Source of the DNA: Candidatus Enterousia sp.
GTDB lineage: Bacteria > Pseudomonadota > Alphaproteobacteria > Rs-D84
Direction: 5' to 3'
NCBI GenBank assembly: GCA_045648885.1
Contig: JAZROV010000014.1
Coordinates: forward strand, 1-46,660
DNA: 46,660 nt
A program made the translations under genes and the position numbers. Numbering within the stretch: position 1 is the stretch's first letter; each line of letters begins with the position of its first letter. The notes under the pieces were generated by a model. It worked only from the letters and a program-made list of their open reading frames with translations. It did no database searches and had not been told where the DNA came from. This document shows, piece after piece, positions 30,297 through 39,437 of this stretch.

Positions 30297-30764
30297 TCAA
30301 TTTGTCGCGACCGAACCAAAAAGCCCCGCGCGGCGCGAAGCGTGGGACCGGACGCCGGCGCCGCAGTTGCTCGTGCAATTCGACGCGCAATCGGGAGCTG
30401 AGCTGAACGTGTTGGAGAAAGCCCAAAGCGACACCGCCGGATGAGTCATTTTACACCAACAATATCTACCATTTTGTTCACCACCAATGACGCGCGCGCC
30501 ACTGTCACTTAACTGGCTGACGGTACCACCCAAAGATTTGCTGTAATTCGATGATAAACAGGCGCTGACGCCGCTGACGGTGCCCCAACTGAACGTCGTA
30601 GTCCATTTCCCAACGTTATTGTCATAATCGTACCCCGTCCCGTTATTGGTCGGGTCCAATATGACCGCGACATTATCATTTTGGACGCACATAGTCGTTG
30701 AAAAAGCCGGCGCAATAAATGCCAGCGCGCATGCACATGATGCAATTATTTTGATTGTTTTCAT
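30297..30764 (-). CDS. Secreted Cys-rich protein, candidate DGR target
   Basis: SD GGAAAGGG, signal peptide, YCWCKM..W...CxxxCxxxC C-terminus, adenine-poor GC-rich 3' segment. Confidence 0.75.
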   Translation of the reverse strand: MKTIKIIASCACALAFIAPAFSTTMCVQNDNVAVILDPTNNGTGYDYDNNVGKWTTTFSWGTVSGVSACLSSNYSKSLGGTVSQLSDSGARVIGGEQNGRYCWCKMTHPAVSLWAFSNTFSSAPDCASNCTSNCGAGVRSHASRRAGLFGSVATN

Positions 30765-30851
30765 TGTTTTCCCTTTCCTTGAAGCGTTTTATTATATTTA
30801 CTTCAATTTTTATCTTAGTAAAATTTTCCCACCCTGCGCAAGTGTTTTTTT

Positions 30852-30912
30852 ACCCCCCCACCCCGCCCGTTGGGCACCCCTCCGTGGGAGGGGAACTAGC
30901 CAGAGGGGAACT
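30852..30912. repeat. Single REP-like palindrome
   Basis: CCCCCACCCCGCCCGTTGGGCACCCCTCCGTGGGAGGGGAACT is also present at about 46576-46618. Confidence 0.8.
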
Positions 30913-30951
30913 TAGCGCCCGTCGCAGAATATCGTATATGTGAGGATGCCG

Positions 30952-31590
30952 TTATTTTGTGCGGTTGCTGTATTGCAACAACAACACGGCAATATCTAAA
31001 TTCGGCAAAATTTTTCCGTCGCCACGCGCCGACATAATATAGCCCTGTTGTTTCGGGTTAAATTGAATTGTAATATCGGGTTGCAAACCTGCTGCATGAA
31101 AATCTTCCAGATTACATGTGTTTGTTTGACGCACACGCATATCATCTGGCATATTTTGACGATTTTTAACGACTGATTTCGAATTTAACATCGGTTGAAA
31201 CCACATAATTTTAAAATCATAGTTGTTAGCCAACCGTTTTTTGTGGAACCAATCTATCATCTGGCGAACATAACGCGGTTGAATCACGTCGTATGTAAAA
31301 TTTTGGCCGATGTGGTCAAAAATCTCAAATTCTGGCACGCCGTAAAGCCATTTCGGAACACCCGGTTTCCAGAATGCTTCGTTGACCCAAAGTTTAGTAG
31401 CAAATTTTTCGGTTTCAAAATATTTTTCATCACGAAAATAATATTCGCGACCGTTCATTTCGCCGTCGCGCATAGGACGTGTTGTAGCAGATTTCAAATT
31501 ATAAAACGAATTTATTGGTAAAACATTTTGTATAAAATAACTTTTGCCACTGCCGGACAGACCTGTACAAAATAAAACTGTATTTTTCAT
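30952..31590 (-). CDS. Divergent guanylate kinase-like P-loop protein
   Basis: GLSGSGKS P-loop and SATTRPMRDGEMNGREYYF guanylate-kinase signature. Start set at ATG 31590 after AGGGG. Confidence 0.7.
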   Translation of the reverse strand: MKNTVLFCTGLSGSGKSYFIQNVLPINSFYNLKSATTRPMRDGEMNGREYYFRDEKYFETEKFATKLWVNEAFWKPGVPKWLYGVPEFEIFDHIGQNFTYDVIQPRYVRQMIDWFHKKRLANNYDFKIMWFQPMLNSKSVVKNRQNMPDDMRVRQTNTCNLEDFHAAGLQPDITIQFNPKQQGYIMSARGDGKILPNLDIAVLLLQYSNRTK

Positions 31591-31644
31591 TTTTTGTCCC
31601 CTTTGGTTCAAAAAAGCCCGCAAAAATCATGCGGGCGGGTTTGT

Positions 31645-33744
31645 TTAATCTTCCAAGAAACTGCGCAGTTTGCGAGCGCGGGTTGGATGCTTTAATTTAT
31701 TCAGCGCTTTTTGTTCAATCTGGCGGATGCGTTCACGTGTGACGCCGATGTATTCGCCGACTTCTTCCAAAGTGCTGGTTTTATTCGTAGACATACCAAA
31801 ACGTTGACGCAAGACCGTTTCTTCTTTTGGATCCAATTCAGATAAAATCTGGGTGACGATTTTACGCAAATTCTTTTGCGCCGCCGATGTAAACGGATTT
31901 TTCGCAGTTTCGTCAGCAATGATTTCTATGCGCGAACTGTCGTCTTCGGTGCCGACTGGCGCTTCCAAAGAAATCGGGCGCAGATTGACTTTCATTGCTT
32001 TGTGAATCTTGTCGACCGGCAGATATATAATCTTTGACAATTCTTCGGCAGTTGGTTGACGCCCGTATTTATGCATAAACTGACGCGATGCACGTTGAAT
32101 TTTATGAATGTTATCAATCATATGCACCGGGATACGGATAGTGCGCGCCTGGTCTGCGATGCTGCGCGAAATACCCTGTTGTATCCAATTCGTGGCATAG
32201 GTAGAAAATTTATTACCCAAACGATAATCGAATTTATCCACCGCTTTCATCAAACCGATATTGCCGTCTTGGACCAAATCTGAAAAATCAAGCCCCAGAC
32301 CGCGGTTGCTAGATTTTTTTGCAAATTTGATAACCAGACGTAAATTTGCTTCTATCATTTCGCGTTTTGCGCGCGCCGCTTCGGCCTGGCCACGACGAAC
32401 CAATTCGACCACTTTCTTGTATTCTGCGGTTGGTTGACCGGTTTCTTGAGCAATTGCCGTAATATCTTCTTGGATTTTCAAGACGTTTTCTTGGTGGGTT
32501 TTTGCGAAATTCTGCCATGCAGCACTTTTGTTTTTCGCCAATTTCTTTACCCAATTACGATTTAATTCGTTTCCAACGTATTCAGCCAAGAAATCTTCAC
32601 GTTTAATTTTGCACGCCAACGCCAGACGTAACATACGACCTTCAAGTCCCATCAGCAACTGGTCACGCTGGGTCAATTTTTCCATAATTTCGGCAATTCT
32701 GTCGTCATTCAGACGAATTTTACCCACGTATTCGAATAATTCCAGGCGCGCTTTGTTATATTTCTTTTCCAATGTTTCATCCGGTTTAGAAGATGTAATC
32801 AAATTTTCCAGACGTTTTGTTTGCAATTTCTGCATACCTGTAAATATGCGTTTTATCTTTGCAAAAAGTTCGGTTATCATCGGCAAAAGCGCTTCTTCCA
32901 TAACCGGAATTGGAACGCCCGACGAACCACGCTGAGAATCGTCTTTTTTGCCATCTTCGTCGTCATCATCGTCCAAATCGTCATCGTCGTCATCATCTTC
33001 ATCAGATGCGACTGATTCTTCTAAATCATCCAAATCATCATCGTTTAAATCGTCAACCTGGTCTACACCCTTGGATTTCAAAGTGTCATTCAAAACAGCC
33101 AAAGATTTTTGTTCAGATTCACTGGAATACATCACTTCCAAATTTATGATGTGACGCAAACGAATATCGCCATTCAGCAATTGTTGATACCAATCTAACA
33201 TCGCCTGGATGGTCATAGGGCTTTCGCAAAGGCCATATACCATCAAACGAGATGCTGCTTCAATACGTTGCGCAATTGCGATTTCACCAGCAGCGGTCAA
33301 CAATTGAACCGTACCAATTTGTTTCAAATACGATTGAACAGAATCTTGGACACCCAACACCAGATTACCAGTCGAACTGCGTTCCAATTGTTTTGCATAA
33401 TATTCGTAATCTTCGTCGTTGACGTCAACCTGCTCTGCGTCAGCATTCAATAAATCACGGGTTTTATCACGATTATAGTTTTCATCGTCTTCTTCATAAT
33501 ATTTTTCCATTTCGCGGGAAAATCTGTCTGGATCTGTTTCCAGAACTTCCAAGCCCAAATCTTGTTTAAAGAAATCTAAGACTTCTTGTTGTTCTTCGTC
33601 CGGGACTTCATCGGCCTGGATAGCGGCATCAAAATCCATTTTGGACAAATATCCAACTTCGTTCGCAGACAACGCTAATTCTTTAAGACTTTCTGGCAAA
33701 GAATCTATCAATAATGTCGTCGCTTCGTCTAGTTTTTTAGCCAT
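31645..33744 (-). CDS. rpoD: RNA polymerase primary sigma factor
   Basis: Region 1.2 DSVQSYLKQIG, acidic non-conserved region, EANLRLV, ADQARTIRIPVHM, TLEEVG..VTRERIRQIE. Confidence 0.95.
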   Translation of the reverse strand: MAKKLDEATTLLIDSLPESLKELALSANEVGYLSKMDFDAAIQADEVPDEEQQEVLDFFKQDLGLEVLETDPDRFSREMEKYYEEDDENYNRDKTRDLLNADAEQVDVNDEDYEYYAKQLERSSTGNLVLGVQDSVQSYLKQIGTVQLLTAAGEIAIAQRIEAASRLMVYGLCESPMTIQAMLDWYQQLLNGDIRLRHIINLEVMYSSESEQKSLAVLNDTLKSKGVDQVDDLNDDDLDDLEESVASDEDDDDDDDLDDDDDEDGKKDDSQRGSSGVPIPVMEEALLPMITELFAKIKRIFTGMQKLQTKRLENLITSSKPDETLEKKYNKARLELFEYVGKIRLNDDRIAEIMEKLTQRDQLLMGLEGRMLRLALACKIKREDFLAEYVGNELNRNWVKKLAKNKSAAWQNFAKTHQENVLKIQEDITAIAQETGQPTAEYKKVVELVRRGQAEAARAKREMIEANLRLVIKFAKKSSNRGLGLDFSDLVQDGNIGLMKAVDKFDYRLGNKFSTYATNWIQQGISRSIADQARTIRIPVHMIDNIHKIQRASRQFMHKYGRQPTAEELSKIIYLPVDKIHKAMKVNLRPISLEAPVGTEDDSSRIEIIADETAKNPFTSAAQKNLRKIVTQILSELDPKEETVLRQRFGMSTNKTSTLEEVGEYIGVTRERIRQIEQKALNKLKHPTRARKLRSFLED

Positions 33745-33778
33745 GAAAAAACCTTTGATTTATTGTGAATGGTGCAGA

Positions 33779-34306
33779 TTATTTGTGTGATTTTTGCGCT
33801 TTGGCAATTGCTTCGTGCAACGCAGATTCAGAAACCAAACCCAACACAATCGGGCTTTGAATTTGAATCAAAGAATACGATTTGTGCGTTTTATCACGAA
33901 TAGATTTCACAGTCGGATTCGTGCTGCGCATCAGGCGCGCAATTTGACCGTCTGACAATTCAGGATAATTTTTGATAATCCACAAAATTCCACCCATACG
34001 ATTTTGACGGTGCAATTTCGGAGTATAACCAACGCCTTTTTTGTTTTGTTTCTTTTGCGCTTCGACAATCACATCACGCAAAGTCAGACGTGCATCCGGA
34101 TCTGCTTCGCATTTTTCGATATCTTCGCGAGTGACCTGGCCGTTGATGATTGGGTTTAAACCCTGCATTTTATTTGATTCTGCATCGGCGATGTTTTTGA
34201 CTTCTAATTCGTGCAAACCGCAGAATTCACCGATTTGTTCAAATGTCAGTGCTGTATTTTCAATCAACCAAAGGGCTGTAGATTTTGGCATATATGGGTA
34301 ATTCAT
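33779..34306 (-). CDS. trcR: DUF1013 / TrcR-family RNA polymerase-associated regulator
   Basis: MPKSTALWLIENTALTFEQIGEFCGLHELEV..IAD, YTP, PELSDGQIARL...T.PT motifs. Confidence 0.85.
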   Translation of the reverse strand: MNYPYMPKSTALWLIENTALTFEQIGEFCGLHELEVKNIADAESNKMQGLNPIINGQVTREDIEKCEADPDARLTLRDVIVEAQKKQNKKGVGYTPKLHRQNRMGGILWIIKNYPELSDGQIARLMRSTNPTVKSIRDKTHKSYSLIQIQSPIVLGLVSESALHEAIAKAQKSHK

Positions 34307-34381
34307 GAATATTCCTCTTTTAAAGACGTGTTGTAATATAGCACAAAACGCGCTTTATTCAAGTGGTTTTTTTAATATTTT

Positions 34382-35797
34382 TTACTGTTTTTTTACCAAT
34401 TTAAAACCATCAACCGTATCCATAACCGTCCAGCCCGCTGCGTCAATTTGATTGCGCAAGGCATCCGCCGTAGCAAAATCACGTGATTTTTTTGCGCTAA
34501 GGCGTTTTTGCGCCATTTCTTGGATTTCAATCGGTGCGGTTTCTGACTCTAAATCGTGTAATTTTTGGGCATGTTCCATCAATTGCAGTCCCAACAAATC
34601 ATCAACAAATTTAACCAATGCTAATTTAGTATCTGAATTTACATCTTTGTTTTTTAATAAATCTTGGAATACAACCAAAGATTCCGCAGTTTTCAAATTA
34701 TCAGATACCGGAGCCAAAATTTTATCGTGCCATTGTTGGTATAAATCTTGGTCAATTTTACCAGAATTATCGTTCATCAAATCAGCAATTTTGCGAACCA
34801 AGTTTTTATAACCTGTGGCCGCCGCATCTAATGATTCTAATGAAAATTCCAATGGTTGCCGATAGTGCGATAACGTCATGAGATATCTTAAAGCCATCGG
34901 ATCATAGCCACGCGAAACCAAATCACGCACAGAATAAGATGTACCCGAAGATTTTGACATTTTACCTTCTTTTAAAATCAACCACGCCCAATGAACCCAA
35001 TACCGAACCCATGGTTTTCCGACAATTGGTTCTGATTGAGCAATTTCATTTGTATGGTGTACTTTGATATGTTCTTGACCAGCAGTATGAATATCAAAAT
35101 GGTCGCCCAGATATTTCATACTCATAGCGGAACATTCAATGTGCCACCCTGGGAAACCAACACCCCACGGCGAATCCCATTCCATTTGCCGTTTCACATC
35201 CTTTGGCGAAAATTTCCAGAGCGCAAAATCAGTTATATTACGTTTATTGTTGTTTTCTATGCGCGCACCCGCCTTTAATTCAGACAAATTCTGTCCACCC
35301 AAAGCACCATAATCTGGGAATTTAGATGTATCGTAATAGATGCCATCGCCCGGAATTTCATAGGTAAAACCGCGTTCTTCAAGTTTTTTAACCAATTCAA
35401 TTTGTTCTTTGATATGGTCTGTGGCACGCGGGGTATGTGTTGGCAGAATAATGTTCAATGATTTCATGTCTTCCAAGCAGATTTTTATGTATTTTTCAGC
35501 GACTTCCCATGCGGTCATATTTTCACGCGCTGCGCCTTTTTCCATTTTATCTTCACCAGTATCACCATCGCTCGTTAAATGACCAACATCTGTGAAATTC
35601 ATAACATGATTTACACTGTATCCATTCGCCAGAAACATGCGTTTTAATATATCTGCGTTAAACAATGAACGCATATTGCCAATATGTGGGTCCCAATAAA
35701 CCGTTGGACCACAATTATAAAAACCAACATGATTTGGAGTTATCGGTTTGAAATCTTCAATTTTTCGGGTCATAGTATTATATAATCTGATTTGCAT
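34382..35797 (-). CDS. cysS: Cysteine--tRNA ligase
   Basis: [32 protein letters not shown]. Confidence 0.96.
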   Translation of the reverse strand: MQIRLYNTMTRKIEDFKPITPNHVGFYNCGPTVYWDPHIGNMRSLFNADILKRMFLANGYSVNHVMNFTDVGHLTSDGDTGEDKMEKGAARENMTAWEVAEKYIKICLEDMKSLNIILPTHTPRATDHIKEQIELVKKLEERGFTYEIPGDGIYYDTSKFPDYGALGGQNLSELKAGARIENNNKRNITDFALWKFSPKDVKRQMEWDSPWGVGFPGWHIECSAMSMKYLGDHFDIHTAGQEHIKVHHTNEIAQSEPIVGKPWVRYWVHWAWLILKEGKMSKSSGTSYSVRDLVSRGYDPMALRYLMTLSHYRQPLEFSLESLDAAATGYKNLVRKIADLMNDNSGKIDQDLYQQWHDKILAPVSDNLKTAESLVVFQDLLKNKDVNSDTKLALVKFVDDLLGLQLMEHAQKLHDLESETAPIEIQEMAQKRLSAKKSRDFATADALRNQIDAAGWTVMDTVDGFKLVKKQ

Positions 35798-35930
35798 GGC
35801 TTTTTCCTTACTTTATTTTCGCAAATTATGATAATAGAAACAGATAAAGATTGCAAACATAATGTTCGCAAAACAAACAATTTAACAACAACAGTAAAAA
35901 TTTATAAATAACACTGTCATAATCTTAAAG

Positions 35931-36019
35931 TGGCGGAGCGTATAGGACTCGAACCTATGGACCGCTATAACACGGTCACGGATTAGCAATCCGCTGCATT
36001 ACCACTCTGCCAACGCTCC
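35931..36019 (-). tRNA. tRNA-Ser (GCT)
   Basis: GGAGCGT acceptor stem, TTGCTAA anticodon loop, long variable arm, GGTTCGAGTCC T-arm, encoded CCA. Confidence 0.95.
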
Positions 36020-36081
36020 GCAGGGTGAAACGATTATATCAAACCCGATTTGAAAAAATCAAGCACAATTTAATAAAAATA

Positions 36082-37821
36082 TTAAACCTGTTTTTCTTCG
36101 CTGACATGTTCAGGCTGGTATATTTCGACATCGCGCGTCATAGATAAAAATTTTCTTGCACGCAGCAACGGCAATTCGTCTGTGGGTGTTTCGCGCAATT
36201 CATTTATCGCATCTGCAACAGACTTTGCAACCAATTCCATTGTTGTTTGCCAATCTGCCTGGGCCCCGCCAGACGGTTCATTGATGATTTTATCAATAAC
36301 ATTTAATGACGCCATATCGCGCGCAGTCAATTTTAATGCAGTTGCAGCCTGGGCCTTAAACTTATTATCTTTCCATAAAATGCTGGCACAAGATTCAGGT
36401 GCAATAACCGAATAAATTGCATTTTCCAACATCATAACACGATCACCAGTTCCAATCGCAATTGCACCACCAGAACCGCCCTCACCTACATTTACTGCAA
36501 CGTATGGCGCCCGCATTTTTAAGCCGGCCGCGATAGTCGCAGCCACCGCCTGAGATTGTCCACGTTCTTCGGCAGCACCACCTGCAAATGCGCCCGCAGT
36601 ATCAAACAGCGAAATCAACGGCAAATCAAATTTTTCAGCCAATCGCATCATACGTTGCGCTTTGCGATAACCTTCGGGATTAGGCATTCCAAATCGATGT
36701 TGCTGACGGGTTTCGATTGTGCGACCTTTTTCTTGGCCAATTATGACAGCCGGAATTCCATACCAACAGCCAATACCAGAACCCATTGCCGCATCTTCAC
36801 CAAAACATCTGTCGCCTGCCAGATACGTCCAATTATCCACAATTCCAGACACATAGTCCAAAAAGTGCGGTCTGTTTTCGTTTCGCGCCATTAAAACACG
36901 GTCGTATTCAGGTGTTTTTCCCATGTCGCGTGATTTTTTCGGCGCGTCAAATTTAGGCATTTTAACATCAATAACTTTTGCTTCACATGGTTGTTTGGTT
37001 AAAACTTTTAACATGCGTTCCAATTTTGTTTTCAATTCGACACGTGGCACAACCATATCGACCATACCGTGTTCATACAAATAATCTGCAGTCTGGAAAT
37101 TAGACGGTAATTTTTCATGTATATTTTGTTCAATTACACGGCGCCCCGCAAACCCAATACGCGCACCAGATTCTGCAATGTGTATATCACCCAACATAGC
37201 AAACGAAGCGGTCACCCCACCAAACGTTGGATCGGTTAAAATGACTATGTATGGTAATTTGTTTTCATGTAATTTATTCACGGCGACCGTTGTGCGCGCC
37301 ATTTGCATCAATGCCAATATGTTTTCTTGCATACGGGCGCCCCCGCTGCACGTCACCATGATAAACGGATGTTTTAATTCGATTGCATGTTCAATGCTGG
37401 CCACAATAGCGTCCCCTGCTGCACGCCCCATAGACCCCATCATAAAATCACCGTTCATAACACAAACAGTAGAATCTATGCCACCGATTTTACCGTCCGC
37501 AGTTGATATTGCATCATTTGCACCGGTATCGTTGCGCGCTTCTATCAATCGGTCTATGTATGAGACACGATCCACAAAATTCAACGGGTCGTCTGTATTT
37601 TGTGGTAATTCAAATCTTTGATACGAAATATCATCAAACAGCAAATCAAATCTTTGCTTTGGCGTCATTATAAATGCGCGCCCACAGCGCGGACAAACAT
37701 AATTATTATTTTTGTAATCTTTGTAATATACCAAACGACCGCACGCTTCGCATTTTATCCACATCAAACGGCGGACGCGTTCATATTTATCACGGTTATG
37801 ATTTTTTATTCCAACAGACAT
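36082..37821 (-). CDS. accDA: Fused acetyl-CoA carboxylase carboxyltransferase beta-alpha (AccD-AccA)
   Basis: AccD half: WIKCEAC..CPRC Zn finger, SGGARMQE, PTFGGVTASF. AccA half: FGMPNPEGYRKAQR, GEGGSGGA, YSVIAPESCASILWK. Confidence 0.92.
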   Translation of the reverse strand: MSVGIKNHNRDKYERVRRLMWIKCEACGRLVYYKDYKNNNYVCPRCGRAFIMTPKQRFDLLFDDISYQRFELPQNTDDPLNFVDRVSYIDRLIEARNDTGANDAISTADGKIGGIDSTVCVMNGDFMMGSMGRAAGDAIVASIEHAIELKHPFIMVTCSGGARMQENILALMQMARTTVAVNKLHENKLPYIVILTDPTFGGVTASFAMLGDIHIAESGARIGFAGRRVIEQNIHEKLPSNFQTADYLYEHGMVDMVVPRVELKTKLERMLKVLTKQPCEAKVIDVKMPKFDAPKKSRDMGKTPEYDRVLMARNENRPHFLDYVSGIVDNWTYLAGDRCFGEDAAMGSGIGCWYGIPAVIIGQEKGRTIETRQQHRFGMPNPEGYRKAQRMMRLAEKFDLPLISLFDTAGAFAGGAAEERGQSQAVAATIAAGLKMRAPYVAVNVGEGGSGGAIAIGTGDRVMMLENAIYSVIAPESCASILWKDNKFKAQAATALKLTARDMASLNVIDKIINEPSGGAQADWQTTMELVAKSVADAINELRETPTDELPLLRARKFLSMTRDVEIYQPEHVSEEKQV

Positions 37822-37826
37822 AATTA

Positions 37827-38105
37827 TTATCCATTCATTTTCTTTATCAATTCACGACTGGGTTTAAATAAAATCGTTTTATTCGCAGGCAAAAATATAG
37901 ATTTGCCAGTACTGGGGTTATAGCCGTTTTTTGTTGCACGGGTGCGTTGTTGGAAAGTTCCAAAACCACGAATTTCAATTCGTTCACCACGCGCCACTGC
38001 GTTTTTCATTTCGTCTATAACCGTATTCAACATCGCCACAGCATCTGTTGTGCGCATGTTTTTAAATTGCACTTGGATACTGCGTATTAAATCAGAACGT
38101 TTCAT
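37827..38105 (-). CDS. HU/IHF-family DNA-binding protein, IHF-beta-like
   Basis: MKRSDLI, RIEIRGFGTF, GYNPSTG, FKPS. Confidence 0.9.
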   Translation of the reverse strand: MKRSDLIRSIQVQFKNMRTTDAVAMLNTVIDEMKNAVARGERIEIRGFGTFQQRTRATKNGYNPSTGKSIFLPANKTILFKPSRELIKKMNG

Positions 38106-38266
38106 TCATAAACCTTTTTGTTATTACGATATATATTATCATATCATATTTTACAAAAAATAAAGTATTTTTATTTGGTTTTTATTTTTTAAGGGTATAA
38201 GAAAACGGTCTTGTTGTCGTGATGCGTTCAGACTGGTAAAATTTTTTATGACCAAAGGAGTTCACT

Positions 38267-38983
38267 ATGCCAGATTGTAATGATAATTTTGAAAAATCTT
38301 TTCCTTTAATTGGCGACACAGCACCAACATTCACAGCCAACACTACAAACGGTCCAATCAAATTTCCTGAATCTTTTCATGGACATTGGGTTATTTTGTT
38401 TTCGCATCCATTAGATTTTACCCCGGTTTGCACCAGCGAATTTATGGCTTTTCAATCAGAAATGCTCGAATTTGAAAAAATCAACACTAAAATCATGGGG
38501 TTATCTGTGGGGGCGATAACTTCGCATCTGGCATGGTTTCGGGCTATACATGACGAAATAGTCTTTAATGGTTGGAAAAATGTAAATATAACGTTTCCTG
38601 TAATTGAAGATTTAGATATGAAAATATCAAAACTATATGGGATGATTCACCCAGGAATATCAGATACTAAAACCGTCCGCGCAGTGTTCGTTATTGACCC
38701 GAACGGAATTATCAGAACTATTTTGTATTATCCGCAAAGCACCGGTCGAAATATTCACGAAATTAAACGAATATTGATTGCGTTGCAAACAACAGATGAA
38801 TTCAAAGTTTCAACTCCTGTTGATTGGACACCTGGGAAACCGGTCATTGAATCTGCACCTAAAACCGTGTCAGAGATGCAAAAACGTTTAAAAGATAAAA
38901 AATTAGACGTTCAATCATGGTTTTTCGCACTGCGCAAATTGCCGGAATCAAAAATTTATGAAAAAATAAAACGCAAAAATTAA
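38267..38983 (+). CDS. Peroxiredoxin, Prx6 (1-Cys) type
   Basis: FSHPLDFTPVCTSE, YYPQSTGRN, TPVDW. Confidence 0.9.
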   Translation: MPDCNDNFEKSFPLIGDTAPTFTANTTNGPIKFPESFHGHWVILFSHPLDFTPVCTSEFMAFQSEMLEFEKINTKIMGLSVGAITSHLAWFRAIHDEIVFNGWKNVNITFPVIEDLDMKISKLYGMIHPGISDTKTVRAVFVIDPNGIIRTILYYPQSTGRNIHEIKRILIALQTTDEFKVSTPVDWTPGKPVIESAPKTVSEMQKRLKDKKLDVQSWFFALRKLPESKIYEKIKRKN

Positions 38984-39327
38984 AATTTAATCGGCATATC
39001 GCGTAAATCAATAGGAGCATTCAGACTTTCTGGGCGCCAGCGATATTTTTCAACATCTATTTTACCGTCCGCGGTAAAACCTATGCCCTCTGCGGTCAAT
39101 AAATCACGTTGAACCTGTTCCCATTGACCGTCCCATGTTCGACCATCTGAAAAAGTGACACGATGCCATGGCAAATTATCTGTTTCGCATGATGCATTCA
39201 TGGCATATCCGACAAATCTGGCGGCACGTGGACGCCCCAGCATTTTCGCAATATCACCATAGGTCGTCACCGTCCCCGGGGGAATTTTTGCAACTGTGTC
39301 ATAAACTTGTTGATAGAACGTTTTCAT
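38980..39327 (-). CDS. Alkyltransferase-like (ATL) protein, MGMT family
   Basis: TYGDIA..G.PRAARFVG, with PWHRV in place of the catalytic PCHRV. Confidence 0.85.
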   Translation of the reverse strand: MKTFYQQVYDTVAKIPPGTVTTYGDIAKMLGRPRAARFVGYAMNASCETDNLPWHRVTFSDGRTWDGQWEQVQRDLLTAEGIGFTADGKIDVEKYRWRPESLNAPIDLRDMPIKF

Positions 39328-39437
39328 AGGTTGAATTATAGTTTATAACGTCTGAAAAATCAAAAGGAATAAAATACAAATTAAACCGTTGATTTTTTAT
39401 TTGATATAGATATAATTGCAACTGCAAATCAGTTTAT

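Noticed and set aside
29413-30319. Pro/Gly-rich ORFs across the repeat and hairpin region, and 10-255 at the left edge
   Set aside because: They arise from GC-rich palindromes that lack stop codons; no SD sites or protein-like composition.
32935-33065. TCATCG-type short repeats in rpoD
   Set aside because: They encode the normal Asp/Glu-rich non-conserved region of sigma70.
38980-39327. Active O6-methylguanine methyltransferase (ogt)
   Set aside because: The catalytic Cys is replaced by Trp (PWHRV), which defines non-catalytic ATL proteins.
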